From Paramoeba atlantica (taxonomy: Eukaryota; Protista; Discosea): 64,000 bases of DNA. Location: NCBI GenBank assembly GCA_977017575.1, contig CDRNVI010000015.1, forward strand, positions 186,001-250,000, written 5' to 3'. Below the pieces are notes generated by a model. The model had not been told where the DNA came from, did no database searches, and saw only the letters and a program-made list of their open reading frames with translations. Positions 38,801-47,073 of the stretch are shown here, piece by piece. A program made the position numbers and the translations under genes. Position 1 is the stretch's first letter; each line of letters starts with the position of its first letter.

Positions 38801-40382
38801 GTTTACAGCAGTGGTGCCTGCATGAGAATCTATTTAGACAGTCGTGCTTGCAGGGAGCGGTTGCATCTTGCACGTCGCTTGGTTCCGAGGCTTCTGTGAG
38901 TCGTGGGCTGGGAAGGGTAGGTAGGGACGTATCAGGAAGGGTAGGTATGGGTGCTGCAGTGCTTCCGCGCGGTGGGGAAAGCGGTGCGGGGAGCGCGTCA
39001 CCTGTGGGCTGAGTTTCAGTAGTGTTACGCTGCTGTTCGGATGAAGCGATACCCAGGTGTCGTTTGCAGCATTGGTGCCGGCACGTGTGCTTGTCCGTGC
39101 AGATGTGCTTACACTCTGTGGGCGAGGCCGCTTGAGGCGAGACCGGGCCGGCGGATGCGCGGTGTTGTGGTCCTTTCTCGATATTGTCCTCCCTGACGTT
39201 GCCGCATGGGTTGTGTACATGGGCTCCGATGGGGTGCGATTCCTGTTCTGGGGTAGCACTTCCAGCTAGCACTTGGAGGGCGGCATGTACAATATAGGTT
39301 CCGATAGTACTGCCGATTGAATGAAGTGTGCCGTAGGCCGTACTTACCGTCGGGAGGGGGTTTCCCACTGGAGGAGACGTGATAGGTGTAGGGTCTGAGG
39401 GGGGCTCCGGCTCGCTGAGGGGAGGAGGGACTTGGGTCGAACTTATTTCAATGTGGGAGTTGGTGGTTTCCGTGGTTAGCATTGTAGAACTAGCGTCGGG
39501 GCCGGCGAAGGTGGTCGTGAGGTGTCGTTTGCAGCACAAGTGCTTGCATGATCGTTTGTTCGTGCAGATATGCTTGCATTCTTCGACTCCGCCGATAGGT
39601 GCTTGCGGAAGCTGATTTTCATGATGCTGCGAGGATTCGGTTGGGTCCGGTGGATCCGCAGTTTGGAATTCTAGTCGCTCAGAGGTCAAGTGCCGTTTGC
39701 AGCATACATGCTTACAGGTACGTTTGTCGCCACAGAGGTGCTTACACTCGTTGTTTGTAGTGTTGTTGGGCACAGTTTGGGGCTCCGCGTCCGAGTTGAT
39801 AGTTGTAGTGTTGTTGGGCACAGTTTGGGGCTCCGCGTCCGAGTTGATAGTTTCGTATGATTCCAGGTGCCGCTTACAACATAAGTGGGAGCACGTGTCC
39901 TTGCTCTTGCAGCTGTGCTTGCATTCCGTGGCAATTCGTGGTGGTGCAGTTCCTTGGCGCTCTGCGTGCAATGGTTCAATGTCAAAGGGAAGGAGATGCT
40001 TTGGAGGGGATCCCTTAAAGTAGCTGGCGAGAGCGCGGCTGAGAGAGTCGACACGCGAATACGTGGAAGAGAACAGCTTGGTATGTAGATCTGCAATGCT
40101 TGAGTAGTAGTTCCATTCTTCATTCGTTCCTCGGTGTCGAATTCTATATCTAGATAGTTCGGCTGACTCGACCACGAGTCCGCGTGCAGGTTTACTTTTA
40201 TCAAGCGCGTGAGTGAGGGCGGTGCGACCGGTCTCAGGATTCGGATAAAACTGTCTGACAAGTGGGCTGACAGCGGCTGATTTAATGCTAGCGAACGTAG
40301 TCCATGTTGTACACGTGGTGCTTTTAACCCTCACATGTCGTTCCCCGCGTGATGCTTGTGCAGGAACGTCTGAGCTTGCCAT
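35829..40382 (-). CDS. Retrotransposon polyprotein: five Zn-finger-like repeats, reverse transcriptase, CCHC knuckle, RLE
   Basis: RT: SAPGEDAI, NWRPIALTS, QKGF, YDLTNAFESVPH, GVLQGDTLSPILF, FADDL. RLE: CPIC..TLRHILTSC, RHDAVL, RPDG, ELTCPWE, KRAKY, FEVGARG. Confidence 0.96.
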   Translation of the reverse strand: MASSDVPAQASRGERHVRVKSTTCTTWTTFASIKSAAVSPLVRQFYPNPETGRTALTHALDKSKPARGLVVESAELSRYRIRHRGTNEEWNYYSSIADLHTKLFSSTYSRVDSLSRALASYFKGSPPKHLLPFDIEPLHAERQGTAPPRIATECKHSCKSKDTCSHLCCKRHLESYETINSDAEPQTVPNNTTTINSDAEPQTVPNNTTNNECKHLCGDKRTCKHVCCKRHLTSERLEFQTADPPDPTESSQHHENQLPQAPIGGVEECKHICTNKRSCKHLCCKRHLTTTFAGPDASSTMLTTETTNSHIEISSTQVPPPLSEPEPPSDPTPITSPPVGNPLPTVSTAYGTLHSIGSTIGTYIVHAALQVLAGSATPEQESHPIGAHVHNPCGNVREDNIEKGPQHRASAGPVSPQAASPTECKHICTDKHTCRHQCCKRHLGIASSEQQRNTTETQPTGDALPAPLSPPRGSTAAPIPTLPDTSLPTLPSPRLTEASEPSDVQDATAPCKHDCLNRFSCRHHCCKRNLPHPTSRASLLAAAAGIAGCRMNLKLNYNVWEVADTHAEELFLRFRIQDVQSKSEAEENVTLLTACIVVSCALAATREHGDHGITLRQRGPPQCLRRRPIAAEKARRLLETEAYLLRKKARHATSSDRTRLLREAKSAQSAAINFSKEAERVRTRRAQQEANHRFARNAWAAATEVLERPTGESTVHKYPTCADTDVLEHYKRELKASQSKAMLPDRSHLPGNSMAEQHYWSDITPGDVTRAAMKKKSCSAPGEDAIQNTALKKLKSLHPHIAHCFNNLLRWRVCPTQWKSAIVKLLHKGGDDSNPKNWRPIALTSCLGKLFHSIIASSITEHVTKEYILDTSVQKGFLPKLAGCIEHTAAISQCVRHAKQNRKPLCMVQYDLTNAFESVPHEIILAALKWARIDSVIVEYVEQMYQGSSLRLKLAGGLSEPIPAQRGVLQGDTLSPILFNMVMEVVYRYIRKARPTLGFSTGRDLHFCKAFADDLTFLTDNAHHAQEVTELLETVLACLHMKPNTQKCRVYSLGFNGKRSFTTLRPTIKLCGEAIPHVADKGTTFLGMTIATGKDTPRMVFSLLRDRIRSMMKRIDDSDHIGHAQIWMYQNAVLGRLRYLLTIHDCLTYNLIRRLQKICSKYLRKWINLASYAHPDQLYIRNGGWGLTSLVGLWKECTVSCLTTLAASTGSSVHRTLEDRMQWEASLQHSQRNRAANLVVNRLNDRNDALSWVRRHTDEEMIAAYQRRAPIAGRWFNSTDNEELAADYAKALHNLNGKEISRFTSMVLTGYAPPSQTNTRSWGKSDGYVTCPICSERKQTLRHILTSCTTSLEQGRYKYRHDAVLKVLSDTLKTSDHIQSMYFDLPGVQSSGCPPSWLTNYTVLRPDGWLALKDGSEFILELTCPWEENFDLAQERKRAKYEELLRYRQTTNPRTTLLTFEVGARGKLNNSVMDLSWIFGQKQTRQVREMRQRMTETALRTSFMLYVMRHSPTWSPQ
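39755..39850. repeat. Perfect 48-bp tandem duplication inside the retrotransposon ORF
   Basis: Encodes TINSDAEPQTVPNNTT twice; frame preserved. Confidence 0.95.
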
Positions 40383-40413
40383 ATTAGGGGCTACAGACGC
40401 ATAACATTCTGTA

Positions 40414-40486
40414 CAACGTAGTACAAAAAAAAAACAACAAGGTACAGAAACTGTATCTTTACTGTATCTTTAACTGTATCTTTACT
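40414..40486 (-). other. Stacked spliced-leader-like relics at the retrotransposon 5' end
   Basis: Minus strand reads agtaaagatac-agttaaagatac-agtaaa-GATACAGTTTCTGTACCTTGTTG-ttttttttttGTACTACGTTG, compared with the T. cruzi SL 3' part GATACAGTTTCTGTACTATATTG (recalled). Confidence 0.7.
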
Positions 40487-40502
40487 GTATGTACTAAATC
40501 CA

Positions 40503-40504
<2 letters not shown>

Positions 40505-40551
<47 letters not shown>
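40505..40551. repeat. (AC)23 microsatellite
   Basis: Read directly from the sequence. Confidence 0.98.
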
Positions 40552-40554
<3 letters not shown>

Positions 40555-40752
40555 CTGCACACCAGACCATATTCAATGGTTGTATATGTACATCATGCAC
40601 ATGTACTGGGGATCTACATGTACTGTATTTCCACTGTATCATTTGTGGAGTTACTATGTAGTCAATCATGTTTATGTTCAGGAGATTGTCGTCATTCAGG
40701 ATAGAAGATTGTGCTGTTCGAAGAAAATAGGTGTCGGTTCAAGCTTTCCTCC

Positions 40753-42624
40753 ATGCTTTGGAGTGGTTCGAATCTTTTAATCAATAAAGGAATCATACAC
40801 CAAATATTTACTTTTCAGCGGTCCTGCAAGTCTTCCGGTGCAAAAGGCGATCCTCTCGGGGTCAAATTACGAGACCTCTTAAGGAAATACGCAAAGATGT
40901 CGCCTTTCAATCGGAATGTCTTGGTGCCACAGCATGCATCATTGGAACACGCTACCAATGTGCATTCGAATATTCGTGAGCCGTCGTCCAGTGCAATTTA
41001 TTCAATACCATCCGATGATACGATAGAAATAATACGCGAACTTTCGGAAAGCATACTCCGGCGTGAATCAAGCCAAGAAAACGCACATGAACATCGGGGA
41101 AAAAGCAACGGTGATTCTGTGTCATTTTCGATACTAGGGCAATTTTTGCATCTGTGCGAGCTGTTTGGGGGTTTCGATAGAAAGTATCATCCGGATCACA
41201 CTACTGTCTCATATAATTTGGCATTTTCACAAAAACTACAAGAAATGACTGCAAGGGAAAATCATTTCTTGACAGCAGACACGGTATCAAATTCTGACTG
41301 CACGTTTTATATCGCTTATACCGCTGCAAGGCTGGTACGTTGTGTGTTGTCCTCGAGATCTACAGTTCAGCTTGATCTGAAGTGTAGAAGCAAATTTATT
41401 TCAGCTTTGTGCCGCGTGGGGGACTTAACTGTAGCTGGTGAACTGATAATTCAAGCTGCTAAGAACCGAACTCTAAAAAAGCGTGATCTGGAACCTATAA
41501 TATTGCACACACAAAATAAATTTGTCACTGATTACGTGAGAAGATTAGCGAAAGAGCACGATATCACGCTTGAGGATTGGGTCTACGGAATTCTACTTCA
41601 GCCTTCAACGCAAGACGGTGATGCTGCTGAAATTCATGAGCTATTAACCGAAATGCAGGACGATCACCCAATTATGGATCCACGAAATTTCGAGAAATTA
41701 AAGCATGTTTCCCATTACATGTCCCCTACACTGTGTCGCAATGAATCCCAAATCAGTAAGAGTTCTAATGTAGCACCGAACAGTGCAGAAAAAGCGTTCG
41801 TATCAAGGCGTACGTTGCATGGCTTCTGCAATGTTTGCCTTCGCCCGCTAAAGCTGTTTCCTTTCTCCGACAATCTTCGTGCCGAGCTGTTGCGTGATAT
41901 CCAACAAATACCTCTGATACGTCCGAAATCCCGCGATGTTGTTGATCGCTTTTTTTCTAAGCTAAGAAGTACTCCCATGGATATTATTGTAGATGGCGCT
42001 AACGTCGGATATAGTGGTTTGTGTAGAGGGCCTGACAGCGATGATATCTGTTCTGTTCCTGAAAGATTGCGTCCCCCCGCACTTGTGTCACATCGGGAGC
42101 CTCCCACCAATTTTCATATTTGGTTTGAACATATTGAGGCTATACTTCAATGTGCAGCTCAACACAACCTGCGCCCCGTGGTGATGTTGCATCAGAGGCA
42201 TGTTCAGCGAAATCTTCTTTGGGATAAATATCATAGCTTAGTTGCCCGGTGGGAAAAACATGGACTTCTCATTCCTACCCCTAATGGTATTGAAGATGAT
42301 ATATGCTGGCTATATGCAGCTGTGTTTCATAGTACTACCCTTCGACGCGTATACGTAGTCACCAATGATTTAATGCGAGATCATCACTTTTCTCTGCTTT
42401 CTCGGCGTTCATTTATGCGCTGGCGCGACACATGTCGAGTACGCTACAAGTTGTTTCCACCCGGAACCGTAGCGCGGCTAGAATTTCCGCTGCCCTACTC
42501 AAATACAATGCAATTCGATGAAACCAGTCGTAATTGGCATATTCCAGTAGCACCCGAAAAACCAAGTGATGAAGAGTTCAATGCGAAATGGTATTGCGTA
42601 CAAATTGCCTCTGTGCGCAAATGA
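40753..42624 (+). CDS. PRORP: Protein-only RNase P
   Basis: Central CNVC Zn site; NYN domain DIIVDGANVG, DDICWLYAA, VVTNDLMRDH, FMRWRD, WHIP. First ATG at 40753. Confidence 0.92.
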   Translation: MLWSGSNLLINKGIIHQIFTFQRSCKSSGAKGDPLGVKLRDLLRKYAKMSPFNRNVLVPQHASLEHATNVHSNIREPSSSAIYSIPSDDTIEIIRELSESILRRESSQENAHEHRGKSNGDSVSFSILGQFLHLCELFGGFDRKYHPDHTTVSYNLAFSQKLQEMTARENHFLTADTVSNSDCTFYIAYTAARLVRCVLSSRSTVQLDLKCRSKFISALCRVGDLTVAGELIIQAAKNRTLKKRDLEPIILHTQNKFVTDYVRRLAKEHDITLEDWVYGILLQPSTQDGDAAEIHELLTEMQDDHPIMDPRNFEKLKHVSHYMSPTLCRNESQISKSSNVAPNSAEKAFVSRRTLHGFCNVCLRPLKLFPFSDNLRAELLRDIQQIPLIRPKSRDVVDRFFSKLRSTPMDIIVDGANVGYSGLCRGPDSDDICSVPERLRPPALVSHREPPTNFHIWFEHIEAILQCAAQHNLRPVVMLHQRHVQRNLLWDKYHSLVARWEKHGLLIPTPNGIEDDICWLYAAVFHSTTLRRVYVVTNDLMRDHHFSLLSRRSFMRWRDTCRVRYKLFPPGTVARLEFPLPYSNTMQFDETSRNWHIPVAPEKPSDEEFNAKWYCVQIASVRK

Positions 42625-42659
42625 TCAAAAAAATGTATTATTTCACGTATTACGACATG

Positions 42660-42706
42660 TATAGGGGGCATCTGCTATATCTCAGATATAGCAGATGCCC
42701 CCTATA
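42660..42706. repeat. Perfect 23-bp inverted repeat with 1-nt spacer
   Basis: tatagggggcatctgctatatct-c-agatatagcagatgccccctata. Confidence 0.97.
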
Positions 42707-42993
42707 AAATCCAAGATAGTAGTACAATCCCCAGATAACCTGGGGGTCTAAAATCATTTAGTTTTGTCTAAAGTCGTTTAGTTTTGTACGTATATTTCAC
42801 ACGTATGAACGATTCTGTAGTATGACTTCAGACTCTATCTTTCTATTCCGACCTCGAAAAAGATTATTGTATGTCCGAAGTAAACACACCACGTAGCATA
42901 GCAATATTATTCTCGAATATGATCTTGATGGCGCATAGTTAAGATATGAGTACACCTCGGAGATACTAGAGCTTTTATCCCGGCTATTGGATT

Positions 42994-45867
42994 ATGACAG
43001 TTAGTACACTCCTGATTTTCTTCGTTTTTTCTTCCTTTGGAAACAGTGCGCATAGAAAACCCTCACTGCCGCAATATCGCGCATTCTTCCTTCTAAGACG
43101 ATTTTATGCTGGTGATGCTAATAAAACAGCGTGCGTTACTATTTTCGAACAATCCTTAGACAAAACGGCAGATGTGGCGTATCCGCATTGCACTAGCACG
43201 CTTCCTTATGACACACAAACCCTGGCAAAAGATGTAGATGCGAATGAAAAAGATGCTCACAAATCTTTCAAGCAGGACCTTTTGTATTCGGGAAACGACG
43301 GTCGATTTCTGCGCGTGAAATCAGTTTCACAGCATACGGATGACTACATTCTTTCCATGAACTATTCAATATCAATCTCCAGCATCGTATGTTCCCCTGA
43401 CCACCGACATGCTATCATATACTTTAAAGAAAGTGAGGCGGCTTTTGATTTCTACGATCGAGCACGAGTCTCAGAAATAGTCACCTCACAAGATTCTTTC
43501 TTGGACGCATCGGGTACACCCTTAACAATCCGTCTGAAGGAAGTCAGAATGATTGATCCCATGACCATCAGTCTTTATGGTAGTACTACACAGGGCTTGG
43601 AGCTTTTTGAAGCGCTTCAACTAGAGTTGTCCACAAATGCTCTGACTGCTACAACAGAGGACGAAAATGTATACGATCCGCTCTTCTTTAAGTCAAAAAC
43701 GACGTGTCAGATGAGGCAACATACTATGCAGAATAAAACGGAGAAGTCAAAAGCATCAATGAAGATTCCTGAACTTTATGATGTCGAGGGTGAGAATAAA
43801 GTTCTTTCTGAAATGAAATCTGAAGATGAGCACAACGAACGTACACCATACAACAGTGTACTACAATGCATACAAGGCGTTTATGATGTTATTTTACAAT
43901 TTTTGCGGAGCTTTCGAAATTTGGTTTCGTCTATCCTGCAGCGAGAAGAAAATCACAATCCCTTAAGTAATAACACCATTCCCGTCGAATCACATTCACG
44001 TCCACTGTCACCCATGATTTCACATTCTCGGAAATCTATTAGCAGTAGCAGAGATTTTTCCGACTTACCAAGCGGTCAGTATTTAGATAGTGACTCTAAT
44101 ACACATCATTCAGATTACCACACGTTGTATAATCGTATACGAAGAAACCACTGGAGCATTCTTCACTCTCCTGAAGGGCTTTCATACGGTTCCCAGTCTT
44201 ATTCGGAGGAAGACAGTGAGGCCGATCAAAAAGATGGAAATTTCTTTATGCCGCGCTTCAATCAAACATACCGGTGGCTATTCGGAAAAAGGCGCTTTTC
44301 AAGCGAGTGGAATATTCCTTTTTTTCCCACCAGTTTGTTGCAGCAGTTGCAGAACGAATTAGGGACTTCTTCTGATGACCTTTCATCAACGGAGCGCTTT
44401 GTAGACGGGTACTTTCGAAAGCCAGTACGTACCGTTCTGGAAGATATTTACGTCAATGCCAGTCTTCGCTTATCTCCCACGCTTACTTTTTCTGTTGATT
44501 ACGAAAATAAGTTAAATGCCTTACGACTCACGGTCGAAAACGATTATGAATATCGGAATGTTGGTCATTTAAAATTTCGGATGGACCGCGCATTACTCGG
44601 GCATTTTAAGTTTTCCCTTCCGCTGCTTCACTCGCACTTAGGGGGAATAACTTTCCTTGTGGGGTACGTTCCCCTTTCTATTTGTTTTGACACGAATCCT
44701 TCACTTATGTTTTCTTTCTACGTTGGTTCTGATACTGATGTTGACTTTCGAACGGTAACAACCGGAAAATATACTTGGGGATTCAACTGGAAACGAAAGG
44801 TCGATCAGTCTTCCCAATTCGTGGATATTGAGAGGTTTGCTTCTCATTCTAACCCACGTCACGTTCCATTCGGCTTTTCTCGCATTTTTCATTCCTGTCT
44901 TGTGAAACGTAGCAAATCGGAAGAGGAAGCCTCCGACGATTTCGATTCTTATTTCGACACTTTTGAGCGTGCCGGATCACATGCCTTTCAAGTGAGTAAA
45001 CTAGAGGAGTGTTCGCAGCTGTGTATTGCTAGGAATCGGAAGCAAAATCGTATTCTTCCTATGAGTTTTTCTAATAGTTCACTTGGTGGGCCGATCGCTG
45101 ATAGTCCGCGACGTGATTCCTATGAGTGGGATGAGTTGTCGAATTCGTATTTTGGGGAAACCGACTCTCAATGCACATTTTTCCGTACTTTTCGCAAAGG
45201 AAAACATCTTTTTTGTGAATTGGGGAAGTCGTGCAGTCCAAGTCTTCTTGTCCACGAAGGCTACGATGAATTTTACAGATTCGACGCTGGAGACTACAAA
45301 GTGCGCCCCGCTGTTTCTTCAGATAGTAGATTGAATATTAGGTGGTTCTTTGAAGTCCCCTTCACAGCTATGTTTGCCGTTGGTCCTTGCCAACTCTCAT
45401 CTCGGCTGGGAGGCCCGTATGTTGCATTGGAACTGGGAACTGACACTCACACCACTCGCAAGATGAGTAAAGACAGGCAGAGACCCCTAGAACGGACGGA
45501 GCTACAAATTCACGTGAATTTTTATCTTTCTTTGTCTATGGGATTGCGTTTCCTATTTTTGAATGCCCATATACTTTTTTTAGACTTCTCAGCTCTTCGC
45601 TTCAACTTAGCGACTACCAGAATCTTTTTGCATTATTCTCCATTGTATCTTCTAACCGTTACTTGGGACGGGGGAAACCGAAGCACTTGTCGCGAGTGGT
45701 TTCCGCAAATGAATGAGCAATTTTTCCCTGCAGCAACCGAATTGGAAGGTTTTGCTCTCATTACACCAGTTGACCCAGAAATTTCCCTGAGCGGGTTTTC
45801 CTGGTTACCTGAATTACCTGAAATTCCTGAATTACCGAGCCCTGGCAATGTATTTCCTATCAACTAG
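42994..45867 (+). CDS. Large hypothetical secreted or surface protein
   Basis: 957-aa ATG ORF with signal peptide MTVSTLLIFFVFSSFGNSA; no family recognised. Confidence 0.75.
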   Translation: MTVSTLLIFFVFSSFGNSAHRKPSLPQYRAFFLLRRFYAGDANKTACVTIFEQSLDKTADVAYPHCTSTLPYDTQTLAKDVDANEKDAHKSFKQDLLYSGNDGRFLRVKSVSQHTDDYILSMNYSISISSIVCSPDHRHAIIYFKESEAAFDFYDRARVSEIVTSQDSFLDASGTPLTIRLKEVRMIDPMTISLYGSTTQGLELFEALQLELSTNALTATTEDENVYDPLFFKSKTTCQMRQHTMQNKTEKSKASMKIPELYDVEGENKVLSEMKSEDEHNERTPYNSVLQCIQGVYDVILQFLRSFRNLVSSILQREENHNPLSNNTIPVESHSRPLSPMISHSRKSISSSRDFSDLPSGQYLDSDSNTHHSDYHTLYNRIRRNHWSILHSPEGLSYGSQSYSEEDSEADQKDGNFFMPRFNQTYRWLFGKRRFSSEWNIPFFPTSLLQQLQNELGTSSDDLSSTERFVDGYFRKPVRTVLEDIYVNASLRLSPTLTFSVDYENKLNALRLTVENDYEYRNVGHLKFRMDRALLGHFKFSLPLLHSHLGGITFLVGYVPLSICFDTNPSLMFSFYVGSDTDVDFRTVTTGKYTWGFNWKRKVDQSSQFVDIERFASHSNPRHVPFGFSRIFHSCLVKRSKSEEEASDDFDSYFDTFERAGSHAFQVSKLEECSQLCIARNRKQNRILPMSFSNSSLGGPIADSPRRDSYEWDELSNSYFGETDSQCTFFRTFRKGKHLFCELGKSCSPSLLVHEGYDEFYRFDAGDYKVRPAVSSDSRLNIRWFFEVPFTAMFAVGPCQLSSRLGGPYVALELGTDTHTTRKMSKDRQRPLERTELQIHVNFYLSLSMGLRFLFLNAHILFLDFSALRFNLATTRIFLHYSPLYLLTVTWDGGNRSTCREWFPQMNEQFFPAATELEGFALITPVDPEISLSGFSWLPELPEIPELPSPGNVFPIN

Positions 45868-46185
45868 AGTAGTAATTTGGTCTAGATTAGAAAATCAATG
45901 CAAAAATACAGAGAGACCTCCACATTGATTTATTGTGGCTAAGATATGCGCACAACCCCTTTACCCCATCAATTTGGTAATACTCAGATACTTCGTTGCT
46001 CATTCCGGGAACTAGTGTCCTGTAGTAGCAACACTTGATCTTGAACCACTGTATAGATTTCCTGTGTTGATCAAGTGTATCTTCTTTCTAAAACAAATCT
46101 TCTTTCTATACCGAAAGATCCCACTTTTTGTTTATATGGCTGCTAATCAGTAGTACTAAATATAGTACAGCTAAATATACAATAC

Positions 46186-46206
46186 ATAGTACTACTGTAG
46201 TACTAT
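46186..46206. repeat. Perfect 10-bp inverted repeat with 1-nt spacer
   Basis: atagtactac-t-gtagtactat. Confidence 0.85.
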
Positions 46207-46310
46207 CTTTAATACTGCAGTCTACAGTATATGTATTTAACATGTCTACCTTTTTCCACTTTAAATTTCTTCGGTTTACACACTTTGGTTTGCACTTTCG
46301 TCCACATTTG

Positions 46311-46802
46311 ATGTACTTCAAATTAGTGTTAACACAAACTGTTGCTGTTCCTCCGGTACACTTCGGTCCTACGTTATACGAAAGTATTCGAAGATTACTG
46401 TGCACCGCAGTTGAGGGTCACGTTGAGCTAGAGCATGAGTCTTTCGTCATAGCTGTCCTCGATATTAAATCAATGACTCCGGGAAAGCTCATGGATTTTG
46501 GTGATGCACTTTTTTCTGTACACTACGAGGCATTAGTTCAGAGGCACTTTCCTGGTGAGGTTGTTGAAGGTTGGGTTTCTCGAATCATCCCTCCTTCCTC
46601 TGTAAGTTTTCGAGTGGGCGCGCTCACTGCACACACTTATATTGCTGCTACGAATCAGTCGTATCGTTACGATGGAGATATAAACGGCTTTGTTAATGCT
46701 TTGGGCACAACTGCACTAAAGGAAGGATCTGTATGTCCTATACGTATCACAGGCTCACTGATTCCAGGAAATACAATCAAACTCAGTGCAGACGTTTGTT
46801 GA
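46311..46802 (+). CDS. RPB7: RNA polymerase II subunit RPB7
   Basis: MYFKLVLTQTVAVPPVHFGPTL, FVIAVLDI, YEALVQRHFPGEVVEG. ATG 46311 chosen to match the usual RPB7 start. Confidence 0.8.
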   Translation: MYFKLVLTQTVAVPPVHFGPTLYESIRRLLCTAVEGHVELEHESFVIAVLDIKSMTPGKLMDFGDALFSVHYEALVQRHFPGEVVEGWVSRIIPPSSVSFRVGALTAHTYIAATNQSYRYDGDINGFVNALGTTALKEGSVCPIRITGSLIPGNTIKLSADVC

Positions 46803-47073
46803 TGTATCCCACTTCGTAACCACTAGTCTTGAAATAATATAAGAATAAAATGGGGCTAATATGGGTTAATAACGGGGAAATATGGCACGATCTGTATTAC
46901 GAATATCATTCTGATATTCCTCGCGTATTTATGCATAAAACATAAACAATTTTAAAACATAAACATTTTCTTGCGCGGCTTGGTAATTTATTTCTATTGT
47001 TCTTATATCAGAGATTGCGTTTCAAAATCATGTTGTATCCTTATGCTTCTATATTTTTAAAAACAGCGTGACT

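Larger units (their letters stand above)
35678..40486 (-). mobile_element. Single-ORF non-LTR retrotransposon with restriction-like endonuclease (HERO/NeSL-like by motif)
   Basis: Intact RT plus RLE ORF. Ends are placed between a candidate 7-bp direct repeat, gtatgta (35671-35677 and 40487-40493); boundaries are tentative. Confidence 0.9.

Noticed and set aside
40414-40500. Functional SL RNA gene
   Set aside because: No GT splice donor after the TTG, no AACTAA 5' end, no Sm site or array context.
40765-40774. tRNA T-loop (ggttcgaatc)
   Set aside because: Lies inside the PRORP CDS with no cloverleaf stems.
45935-46085. U2 snRNA fragments (tggctaagat; gatcaagtgta)
   Set aside because: The two pieces are ~125 nt apart. 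The second is one arm of a local 10-bp inverted repeat and the rest of U2 is absent.
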